DNA of 64,000 nucleotides from Lama guanicoe (lineage: Eukaryota). A model generated the notes under the pieces. It was given only the letters and a program-made list of their open reading frames with translations, did no database searches and was not told the DNA's origin. A program made the position numbers and the translations under genes. The stretch spans positions 1,302,001 to 1,366,000 of the forward strand of contig MU053881.1 of the NCBI GenBank assembly GCA_013239625.1, given 5' to 3'. Below are positions 50,631 through 64,000 of the stretch, piece by piece. Numbering within the stretch: the stretch's first letter is position 1; each line of letters begins with the position of its first letter.

Positions 50631-51437
50631 GTTTAATATCTTATAGGCAAAAATAACTGCAAACTAAAATGTTGATTTTGGTGGTTATAATAAAAGTATG
50701 TGGTTATGTTTGCAATTAGAGTTCTTATCTTTGAGAAATGTGTTCTGAAGTATTTTTGGTGAATGGTACGATATGGGGTTTACTTTAGCATACTCTATGG
50801 AAGAGATGTGAGGGAGTTGCGTTAGTTTTCTCAGCCTGCTCCAACAAAGGACCACCAACTGTATGGCTTTAGACAGCAGAAATTTATTGTCTCATAGTTG
50901 TCGACGTATCGTGGGGCCATGCTCCCTCTGAAACTCCAGGTCAGATCCTTCCATGCCTCTTCCTCACTTCTGGTGGTGACCGGAAAGTCCATGTCAGTTA
51001 GGGATCTCAATCCAGTGAGGTACATAGGAGCCCTTTAAATGGTTACCTCTAGCCCAGGAGAAAATGCCAAACTATATGCACACCTATTCCCCTGGCAAAA
51101 TTTAATATTCAATGAATTGTGTTCTTATCCAACTTTAGTGTTTATTGAATTCTGTTCTTTACCACATTATCATGTTAGCCCCTTTTTTACGTTTTTATAT
51201 ATTATACCTGTTTTGTTGTTGATCTTTGGCTCTTTTCTACCCTGCTTGCATAGCCTCTCTTGCTTGATGCATGAACAAGGCTTCTCTCCTATCTTGCAGC
51301 TTTTGGCTTCCCGCCTGCCTGTAGCACCTCTGTAGATAAGTTCAGTAACACCTTCATGTTTGAACTGGCTCTTAACCCTCCTGTTACTTGTGTAATGTAC
51401 TGTCCTAGAAGGCAACTTCTCCTACAGGTGTTTGAGT

Positions 51438-51438
<1 letters not shown>

Positions 51439-51465
<27 letters not shown>
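51439..51465. repeat. (GT)n microsatellite
   Basis: Dinucleotide run seen directly. Confidence 0.9.
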
Positions 51466-51468
<3 letters not shown>

Positions 51469-52267
51469 TTAATATGTATAAGTAATTCAGAGTATTTGAC
51501 ATTGTGCAAATTAGGACTATATCAGTAATTAAAGACGATTAACAAAACAGACATTCTGTGTATAATTCAGATGCCATTAGGATGTATAAGTTAATAGGGC
51601 ATGCTAATCTGCTTGCAAAGAACACTTAGGGTGCAAAAGGAAAGTGAAATATATTTAGATGTAGATACATAGATAAATATAATTAAATATGTAGTACAAT
51701 GGTGTAGTGTATAGATATGTATATGTATGTATTTATATATATATATAATTTTTTAACACTGGTAAGTGCCTGTAATAAGGGGAATGGACTCTGAAAACTC
51801 ACAGTCAAGAAAGTAGTTAACTGTTGAACTGCATCTGAAGGATACAAAGAATTTGGCAAGAGGGAAAAGGGATGAAGACTTTCCATATTAGGGATGATTA
51901 TACAAAGAAATGGTATGAAGATAATACAGGATTCTGTCATGGACTCTGATCTCAGACTGATTTTTCCAATACATTGCTCCTCGTTTAATCCTTTTTCTCT
52001 ATTCTTCATTAGCCAGTTCTCCTGGTCGCTCTTAAACTCACCCTCTTTAAGTGGGTTTGTTTAATCTTTTCTTCGCGCTAATACTTCAGCTTCTGTTGCT
52101 GATTTCTCTTACTGCTTAAATCTCCTAACTCTTTCTTCTTACTGTTTTTTGGTCCAATACTAAGACCTTATTTAAATACCATCAATATTTATTCACTCTG
52201 TACCTTTAGTCTCAGTAGCCAAATGCTCTATCACATGAAACATCATCAGTTTTTTCTTTCCCCTCAG

Positions 52268-53832
52268 GATGGAAGAGCAGTTATAAAACCACAAAGTCAA
52301 CTCAGACGCAAGATTCTTCGTTTCAGGAGCTGATAATAAAAAGATCCAAAAGGAATGGACCCTGGGACTTCAAATCAGAAAAGCCCTGCATGTATGAGAA
52401 TGGATTAGAGAAGAAGCAGGAGAAAAAAGAAGGTGTTCAGGAAGTTTCAGTCACTCACAGAAAAATCCTCACTCTAGAAAGAAAACATAAAAATACTGAA
52501 TTTAGCCAAGACGTCAGCCCAAGGTCACTCCTTGTTAGACAGCAGTTGGTTCCCAGAGAACGAACACCACCAAAACGCGAGGCACGAGGAAACGGCTTTA
52601 AGCAGAATCCAGAGGTGCTTAATCAACAAAAAACCGACACAGCAGAGAAACGCTATAAGTGTAGTATGTGTGAGAAAACCTTCATTAATACTTCATCCCT
52701 TCGTAAACATGAGAAAAACCATAGTGGAGAGAAATTATTTAAATGTAAAGACTGTTCAAAAGCGTTTAACCAAAGTTCAGCTCTTATTCAACATCAAATA
52801 ACTCATACTGGAGAGAAACCCTATATATGTAAGGAATGTGGGAAAGCCTTCACTCTCAGTACATCCCTTTATAAGCACTTAAGAACACATACTGTGGAGA
52901 AATCCTATAGATGTAAAGAATGCGGTAAATCCTTCAGCCGAAGGTCAGGCCTTTTTATACATCAAAAAATCCATGCTGGAGAAAACCCCTATAAATACAA
53001 CCCAGGCAGGAAGGCGTCCAGTTGTGGTACATCCCTTCCTGGATGTCAGAGAATTCATTCCAGGAAGAAGTCCTATTTGTGTAACGAGTGTGGCAATACC
53101 TTTAAGTCCAGCTCATCCCTTCGTTACCATCAGAGAATTCACACTGGAGAGAAACCTTTTAAATGCAGTGAATGTGGGCGAGCCTTCAGTCAGAGTGCAT
53201 CTCTCATTCAGCATGAAAGAATTCACACTGGAGAGAAGCCCTACAGATGTAATGAATGTGGAAAAGGCTTCACTTCCATTTCACGGCTCAATAGACACCG
53301 AATAATTCATACAGGGGAGAAGTTTTATAATTGTAATGAATGTGGTAAAGCCTTAAGTTCCCACTCGACGCTTATTATTCATGAACGAATTCACACTGGA
53401 GAGAAGCCATGCAAATGTAAAGTGTGTGGGAAAGCCTTCAGACAGAGTTCAGCCCTCATCCAGCATCAGAGGATGCACACTGGAGAAAGGCCCTACAAGT
53501 GTAACGAGTGTGGGAAAACGTTCCGGTGTAACTCATCCCTCAGTAATCACCAGAGAATTCACACGGGAGAGAAGCCGTACCGATGTGAGGAGTGTGGGAT
53601 ATCTTTCGGCCAGAGTTCAGCTCTTATTCAGCACCGGAGGATTCATACGGGAGAGAAGCCCTTCAAATGCAATACGTGCGGGAAAACTTTCAGACAGAGC
53701 TCGTCACGTATTGCCCATCAGAGGATTCATACTGGGGAGAAACCTTACGAGTGTAATACCTGTGGGAAACTCTTTAATCACAGATCATCTCTCACGAATC
53801 ATTATAAAGTCCATATGGAAGAGAACCCCTAG
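52268..53832 (+). CDS. ZNF354A: ZNF354A (Kid1) zinc-finger exon: linker plus 13 C2H2 fingers (4+9); full protein 606 aa
   Basis: Acceptor ccctcag, in frame with ORF 52390..53832; fingers [23 protein letters not shown] ... [23 protein letters not shown] match ZNF354A as recalled. CDS total 33+127+96+1565=1821 nt. Confidence 0.95.
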
Positions 53833-54273
53833 AAAGTAGATCTGCATGCATGGAAGCCTGAAACCAAAGCTCGTCAGGACACGTGAGAGGAATGTGATAA
53901 ATGTGTTAGAGATGAGAACCCTTTCTATGATTTAGTCCTCATAAGATACTAAATTCCAAGGATAGACCTTGACTAATGACTGTTCTGCTGAGGAAAGTGG
54001 AAAGTGTTCATGCCTGTCAGATGCTTTTTACAATAACCTGAATGAAGAATTCACAACGTGGAGACACTGACTTTGGGCACTTACACAATTGTTTCTACAG
54101 CAGTGTACGCTACGTATCACGTGATTGCCATAAACATCTGGGTGAGGAGGGGAGGTGTGCACTGGATTTCTCATTTTAAAAAAACTATAAACTTAATGCT
54201 TTTTAAATAACATTTTTCATAGCACATAAAAGGTATGGTCAAAGAAATTATACATTTTTAGAGAAAAGGACCA

Positions 54274-54383
54274 AATAAAAGATAAAGATGAACTGTGAAC
54301 TACCTCTCACTTTCCAGGCTTTGTCCTTTTCCTGACCTGATATCAAACTTTGTGCATGGATTTCATTTAAAAATAGAAATAAA
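54274..54383 (+). terminator. Candidate ZNF354A poly-A signals
   Basis: AATAAA at 54274-54279 and 54378-54383, the second followed by a U-rich tract. Confidence 0.55.
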
Positions 54384-55709
54384 AGTCTTTTCTCTTCTTT
54401 TTTGTTCTACTAATTGCTGTGAATTGGAAATTTTTCCCCAGTTCTTAATTCTGTTTTCAGAATTTTGGTTTTTTTTGCTCTGAACTCACTTACTATGAAA
54501 GTATACATGCTCTATACTGTGAACTATCATCTTAGGTACATTAAGTGGAGAAAAACAGGGTCTTTGACATTTTAACTTGGAACTTGTTCCAGCTTCACTT
54601 CCCCCAACTCAAATCACCTGCTGCAGTATTGCTGGGACTGGCAGCTTCACTGGCTGTAGTAACGTTGGGGCAAGCAAGAGGCCAGCCAAAAGTGAAAAAT
54701 GAAGATCTAGGGAGTAAGACAGCCCAATGAGGATTTGAAAAAGTTGACGTTTCCTGCTGATCTGAAAGGCTGTGCACACTGGCAGGGCTACATTCATACA
54801 CGGGAAACAGCAGAAAGGCCCCCAGGCTGCTGTTCATGTCTGACTGACCTTTTAGACCTTGTGCAAGCAGGAAGTAAAAGTCCAGGCAGATTTGTTGACT
54901 CCCTGAATTTTGAGTGCATTCCCTAACCTACACACAGATCACCTTTGCACTGGATAGAAACCTAACCAACTCAAAAGCATTTGATCATTGACTGACTACT
55001 GAGCTATGCTGGCCCAGGGTGATCCCTAGGAAGCTGGAAATGACAACAACCCCAGGAGATGGTATCAGAATCCAGAGTAGCTACAATTTTCAACAACAAA
55101 ATACAAGATGTACAAATAAACTGGAAGCTGTGACTATACATGGGGAAAAAAAGCAGTCCATAGAAACTGTCCCTAAGGAATCCCAGGTGTTGGGTGCAAT
55201 TGATAAAGACATCAACTAGCTACTAGACATATGTTTAAAGAACTAATTAGAACCATGCTTAAAGAATTAAATGAAAGTATGACCAAAAAATACCACCCCC
55301 AATACAACCAGACAAATTCTGGAGTTGAGAAGTAAAATAACTAAAATGAAAATTTTCTAGAGGGGCCCAGCAGTGCCTTTGAGCCTTATTCGGCTGACTT
55401 TGGTATAGCTAAAAGTAGATTATTCAGTTCAAAGGACAGAAAGTTAAGAAATGGGGGAGGGGAGGTTGGAACAGAGTCTCAGAGACTTGCAGGGTACTAC
55501 TCAGCATGTCAACCTATGTGTAATGAAAGTCCCAGAGGAGAAGCAAGAGAAAAAAGGGCAGGAAAAATATTTGAGGAAATGATGGTTGAAACTTCTCAAC
55601 CTGATGAAAAATACTAATCTACACATCCAAGAAGTCAATTAATTTCAAATAGGATAAAATCAAAGTTATTACACCTAGACACATCACAGTCAAACTGCCA
55701 AAAGACAGA

Positions 55710-58040
<2,331 letters not shown>

Positions 58041-61000
58041 TACTCTTTTCTTCTCTTAAATAATTTAAAAGATACTGCATAAAACAATAATTGTAAAATT
58101 TACCGCTGGGCTTATGTGTAAAGATGTAATTTGTATGACAATAGCACAAAGGAGGGAGTAGGAAGAGAACTATATTTGAGCAGTTTCTGTAGAATGTTGA
58201 AGTTAAGTTCATGTTAACCTGAAATTGTTTTTTAAGTTAAAACAAGTATTGTATTTCCCAGAGCAACCACTAAAAATGATTCCAAATATATAGGTTTTTC
58301 AATCAACAAAGGAAGTAAAATGGTACACTTGAAAACATCTATTTACCAAAAAAGAAGGCAGTAAAAGGGGACAAAGTTACAAGAAAGATAGGAGCTGTAT
58401 ATAAAACAAATAGCAAAATGGCAGTAAATCCAACTATATCAATATGTAAATGGATTAATAAACACTCCAATAAAAAGACAGCAGTTGTCAGACTGGATTT
58501 CAAAAAAACCAGAATCTAACTGTCTACAGAGATGCACTACAAGAGAAACAGTAAATTTAAAGACACAAATAGGTTGAAATTAAAAAGATAGCAAAAAGAA
58601 ACCTTTAATGGAAAAAAAATGAAAACACATATATGTATGTATGTGCAAGACTAGGACATTGTGCTGTACACCAGAAATTGACACACTGTAATTGACTGTA
58701 CTTCAATTAAAGGAAGGAAGGAAGGATGGCAAAAAGATACACAATAGCAGTAACTAAAAGAGCTATAATGGCCATACTAATAGCAAAGAAAACAGACATT
58801 AAGCATATAAAGACGAAGAGGAACATTTAAAAATATTAAAAGGGATAATTTATCAGAAAAGGAAAACAATTACAAAGGTAATACACATAACAACAGAACC
58901 CTAAAATACGCGAGGTGAAAACTGAGCTGAAGGGAGACTTCAGCATTCCACCCTCAGTAACTGATGAAATTAGGCATCAGTCAGCAAGGGTACAGAAGAC
59001 TTGAACAGCACCGTCAACCTCTTTGACTTCATTGGCATTTATAGAAGATTTTACCCAACAACAGAATATACATGTTCTTCACGTGTATGTGGAACATTAT
59101 CTATGATAGACCATAATCTATCAGTTCTCTATCTAATTACATATCTAATTTATGCTAAGCCATAAAACTAGCCTCAGTAAATTTAAAAGGATTGAATCAT
59201 ACAAAGTATATTCCCTGATCACAAAGGAAATGTTAGAAATTAACAAAAAAAGAGAAAATTTAGAAAATAAAAGCATTTTCAAATTAAAAATACTTTTCTA
59301 AATAACCCATTACAATACTCTGCAAGATACTTTACTTCCTGTAATTACATAAAATAGGAACTTGGTATTTATACATTAAAATAAATGGTAACCCTCAGAA
59401 AATTCAGAGACAAATATATATTACATGTTTTCATACGTTTATGTAGGGTTCTACAATCTTCATAAGAGATTTAGGTTTTAGGTAAATATATTTTCCCTTC
59501 AGTGGTTCCACTGGATGATAGATAGTTGAAACTACTGGTAGTGGGTGTTGAGAAGTTAATTTGCTAACATAGCTCTGAAGCCCTTTCATTGGAGGTAGTG
59601 GAAATTGACAAGGAGATTGGGAAGATCAGCCTATCCTGTTCCCTACAGAACCTCTGAATTAAATCACTCCTGGCACCCCTCCGCTCTCCACCTCATATGC
59701 ACACTGCAGAGTTCACTGCGTACCAGGGAATGCTTCTGGCACTGTTGGATGGGACTGGATCCTGCTTAAAAGTGTGCTGTGTGAATCGCCTCATAGTCAG
59801 TGTCAGGATGTATTGGAGAGACCCGAGATGTTATCCATCTTAGGTTACATGGGACCCTTTATGACTTGATGTTGAACAGTGAAGAAAGCACCCTAGGACC
59901 TCTGATGACCTTGATGTGCTGGACATAAACTGACCCACTGTTTCATCATAAGGAGACTTCGATGATATATCACCTTTTAAAGTTTTTTTTTAAGACAAAA
60001 CTCCTTTGGTCTTGCTGAATGATGGACTCAGCCTGTTTCCCCTAATGACTACATGAAGTAAGTTGCTATGTACTTTGCTGTATGAGTTGAAGCAGTCAGT
60101 AGAGTGGGTTAAAACACAAGATCTTTGGAGCAAGACCTGAGATTGAATCTTGGTCTGGTACTTGATAACTGTGGCATCAAGCAATTAACCAATGATCACT
60201 TTACAGGGTTGATTAGATTATTAAATGAGATCATGTATATGAAGAGGTTAGCACATATCGAGTATTTAATTGATGGCTAATAACACACAAAAATCTAATT
60301 GAATACAGATTGGTAATTATCAGTGATAGTAACTTAAAACAGATTTAATTCTGTAAAGGTTTATACCTTTGTAAAGTTCTCTCTGCATAGATGATAAGCT
60401 TTTGTTTAATTTAACTTATACAACATTTAGATTTTTACTCGAGAACTCTGCTTTCGGAGATGACTGTTTTCTATGTCTGAAGTTAAACGTGTAGAAAAGC
60501 AGTGCTAGAATATATGATAAGAATATTCCTCTGGTTGCTCTTCAAGGGTAAGATTTTCTTTATACTTGGTTTAGCCTAAGGTTTTCTTAGACGTCCTTGT
60601 TTTTGTGTTGAGATGAAGATACCAGATTGGACAGTTTTTCTCAGAAATTCACACAGACTTTTTCATTAAGTCCTCTGACCCAAAGTGTTCATTTTCCGGG
60701 TAACTGACTTAATGGAAAGGGTTGAGGTGCCATGTAAGATTATTAAGCCAACTGGCCCAGGGATTCTGGGAGTAAATTTCTATCTTTGATTTAATCCAAC
60801 TGAAACAAACTGAGCAAAAGGGCCAAAAGCAGCTTACCCAAACAGCCTACAAATGTGCACTGGGCTATAGGCTTTGAGATACCGAAGGTAACGTAAGTCA
60901 GGTCCTTGCCTCCAGCCAAAGCACGTAGCGCAGGGAGCAGCCTAAAAGTAACAGAGAGACGCTGGTCCGAGGACATTCTCCACCTCCTTATGGTCGCCAC

Positions 61001-62599
61001 ACACTTTCAAACATTACACGTTTTGTGGGCACACTTAAAATCCTCAAAATGACACTAAAACAAGGGAGCAGTGACTACGAAACAGACCCCTCCACTACTG
61101 GGTAACGTTCTTTGCTGATGTCTATAAACCCCTCTGTAGGTGGCCTTTTCACTTGGCTGTCTTTTAACTTCATGTTGCTGTTTGAGCAGAACTGTGCACT
61201 GCCCTGACCACATTCTCTTACATCCTCATAAGACAAAATACCTTCATACTCCAGAGGAAAAAGCAAAGATGGACGGAGGATTTTCTTTGGTGCCAGGTTA
61301 ATTTAAAGCTGAGCCCAACTTTACTTTGCAGGATGGCCCAGTTCACTCAGTGATAGATGTCCCTGAAACAGCACGTATAATCAATTGTAGAACCAATACA
61401 TTTCACTCCACTGGCACAATTGGTCAGCATATCTCACCAGCTTCAGGCACACCAGCGTGCCTTGGCCAGCTGATTGAAGGCCTCATCTCTAACTGGAGTA
61501 GTCATGAGCAGAGAGATGGGTGGGAACTGGTGTAATCAGAGACAGCACCTTAGAGATGGACCTCAAAGGATGGGTAATTTGAAATTGTAGATGCAGAAAT
61601 GGTGGCTATTCCAGGTGAGGAGACTAATATTGTCTGCTTCATCCTACAGCATAAAGAGTTTTCACTTCCAATTTTCCAATTATCTTTTCAACTTCACTTC
61701 TTTAAGTGGGTGCAATCTCTGTGACAATTCAAACCATCCAGTGTAGGTGGCACAAGTTTCTACAATGTCAGATCATGAAATCACAGTGCCCTCCTTTCAC
61801 CTAACAAGGTACAAGAATTCAGGCCTCCCATGTGCTGGTGGGTTTATGCTCACAACAGCCCAATCCTGCCCTCCCAGATTGGATTTCCGACTTTCTCTTT
61901 CATACACTGAATCTTTGTCAGAACACAAAACTGCCTTGATGCTTTTTAGCATCGACCCTCCCTGACTCCTTCCCAGCTTTCGGCACTGTCAGCCTTTCCC
62001 TCATTTAAGCCCTTCTCTCCCGTTGCTCTGATACCAGAATCTTGGTTCTCCTCTTCTTTCTGACCATTCCTTCTCAGGCCCTTTTCCTCTGTGTCTTAAA
62101 AGTGTTCCCCAGGGCTGATTTTGGCCTTCTTTCTTCTCACTGTACATGCTCACAACCGGGAACAGTTTGGGGATTCTCAGAACTGCAAAATACTTTATTT
62201 GAGGTAAGCAAGCTCCTTAACGGGGCTCACTGAGTCTCAGACATTACTGTACCTTGGTTATATAAAACTGATCTGCAGGGACAAATATTGCAGGAAACTT
62301 CGTTAGGGAAACTTCCAGCTACCAAATCTGCCCAGGAGGCAGGGACCACAACAGGAAAAACCCTGTAAGGAGTCTCAAATGAAACTTCCTTTTTTTGTTG
62401 TTGTGATTAGGAGCACTGGCCTTAAAAAGATAAGCAAGCCTGGGCTTGTTTCCTGAGACATTCTCTTTATCCGAATCCGCTTTCAGACAGGAAGTCCCAA
62501 GCGGGCTGGACTACACTGTCTCGTTCACTGAACTGCCCCTCGAGCCAGCCCGGGCTGGGCAGAGTGGGTCTGGGGGCTGATCATCTGTTGTGTGGTGGC

Positions 62600-63560
62600 T
62601 GTGTCCGGATTTAGGTCCTCGGGTATGGCGGGAGAGCAGGAAACACGGGAGGGAGGGCACGGCTGGCTCTGCCGAAAGGTGCTGCACTCAGAATAACCCC
62701 CCGTGGAGGAGCAGACAAGCCTCACAGGATTAGGGCAGAGCACCGGCGTTTGCCCCCGGTTTCACCCGGCTTCTGCCGCGGACGCCTGGGGCACAGCAGA
62801 TCCCAGGGAGGGGCCGCTGGGGCCGCGCAGCCGCGTTGTGAAGGGCCGGGCCCGCCCCCGACGTCACACGGAGCCCCGCCCCCCAGGGAGCTGCGGGAGC
62901 GCGCGAGGCTCTGTCACGCAGGCGCGTTCGCGCGGTGTAGGCGGAGCTAGAGGCCGCCGGGGGGGCTTGTAGGGAGACGGCGCTGCCGCCATTTTGTAGG
63001 GTGTTTGTCGCAGCGGCTGGAGAGAGAAGACGGCGGTTTGGCGACATTTCTCGGCCAAAGGGCCTTTTCCTTTCGCGGAGGTAAGGTTTTGGGTGGGGTG
63101 CGCAGGGCTGCCCGGTTTCCCAGTCTTGTAAATGTCGAAGTCAGGTGTCGGAAAAACGGCCTGGTCCGGGGCCTCGGCGAGTGGGGTTCCTTCTGGGCAC
63201 AGCTCTGCTTGTGGCCTTTACAACCTGAAGTTGCCCAAGTGTTGAGGTAGATGTAAAGCCCTGGGGCAGGAAGGCCTCGGCTCTGCCGGCGACCCTGCTC
63301 TGTGGGGCCCCGCCGCTCCCATCCCGGCTGCGGAGGCCGGAGCGAGCGCCTGACGCGGGAGCCGCCGGTGGTTTGTTTTCGTGGATCGAGCCCTCCCCTG
63401 GGGGCCTGGTCTTGGCCGTTTGTGGCATTTGGGGGTTTTCCAGAGTCGGACATCTGGCTCTGTGGGTGCGCCAGAGGCCCTGGCCGGGTGCCCTGGGCGG
63501 GCAGGCGGGGGGTGGGGACCGGGCGTCCGGGAGCTGCGAGTCCAGGTGGTGGAATTTAGC
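62600..63560 (+). promoter_or_regulatory. CLK4: CpG-island promoter, probably of CLK4
   Basis: High GC/CpG; GC box, CRE-like cgacgtca near 62860, YY1 motif GCCGCCATTTTG at 62985-62996. Identity is inferred from ZNF354A-CLK4 synteny and the recalled 5'UTR. Confidence 0.75.
62960..63080 (+). other. CLK4: Non-coding exon 1, probably CLK4 (coding exons lie beyond the window; start approximate)
   Basis: gtttggcgacatttctcggcc...tttcgcggag|gtaagg strong donor; resembles the sequence just before the CLK4 ATG as recalled. Confidence 0.7.
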
Positions 63561-64000
63561 TCGGGCTCGTGGGAGTTAGAATTCTTTGTGCGAACCGGTT
63601 TTTTTCCTAAGGTGGAGCAAAACATTATTGCAGCAGATCTGCGTTTCTGATATTTGTGCCCTGCGCTGTCCTTGATTAGTTAAGTAACCGCGGTATGCTT
63701 CCCCATCCTTAGGAAACAGCACACGAGGCTGACCGGGTCAGCCACCTACCAGGTCTTGCTTTGTAGCTGTCTTTGTATGTTCGTGCTCCGTACATACACC
63801 CACGGGCTTCTTGTTACCTTTTAAATGCAGTCCTCCTGGAGCCGTCTAATGATAACTTTAACTCATACAGCTATTTTAAAGCCGTATACATGGCATTAAA
63901 ATTGTCGGGTATTATAGTGTGTTAAAGGGCAGTAGAGAATCAGATTTCTGAGACTGATTTATACATTCAGATTTGTTGTGTGTGATGTTTTTATTAAAAG

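Noticed and set aside
52268..53832. Assignment as ZNF354B
   Set aside because: The C-terminal fingers ([22 protein letters not shown]), the EENP stop position and adjacency to the CLK4-like promoter fit ZNF354A better, based on recalled sequences.
62525..63650. Multiple overlapping ORFs up to 168 aa
   Set aside because: CpG-island artefacts around a non-coding first exon.

Overview
This is mammalian genomic DNA, not prokaryotic. It is probably camelid, an inference from the L1 3'-end types and the apparent absence of Alu, Bov-A/BovB, PRE-1, CHR, ERE and Can SINEs. From left to right the window holds: an L1/LTR-dense block; an RPL29 processed pseudogene (+); an intact-ORF family-1 olfactory receptor (-) with inferred non-coding exons and an O/E + homeodomain promoter; a ~4.7 kb decayed ~18-bp tandem array; PROP1 (+, 3 exons, 226 aa); ZNF354A/Kid1 (+, CpG-island promoter, KRAB A+B, 13 C2H2 fingers, 606 aa); a TCEAL4-like retrocopy (-) inserted in an L1 with a target-site duplication (TSD); and the CpG island and first non-coding exon of a gene that is most likely CLK4 (+). 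I found no clearly new biological system. The best leads are the ERE-like decayed array upstream of PROP1, weak-to-strong substitutions hitting conserved OR residues and both retrocopies, a 214-aa orphan ORF behind a splice acceptor in the OR 5' intron, and a candidate OR enhancer near 7.95-8.02 kb. Repeat family names and ortholog comparisons are from memory, not from database searches, and repeat boundaries without a TSD are approximate.
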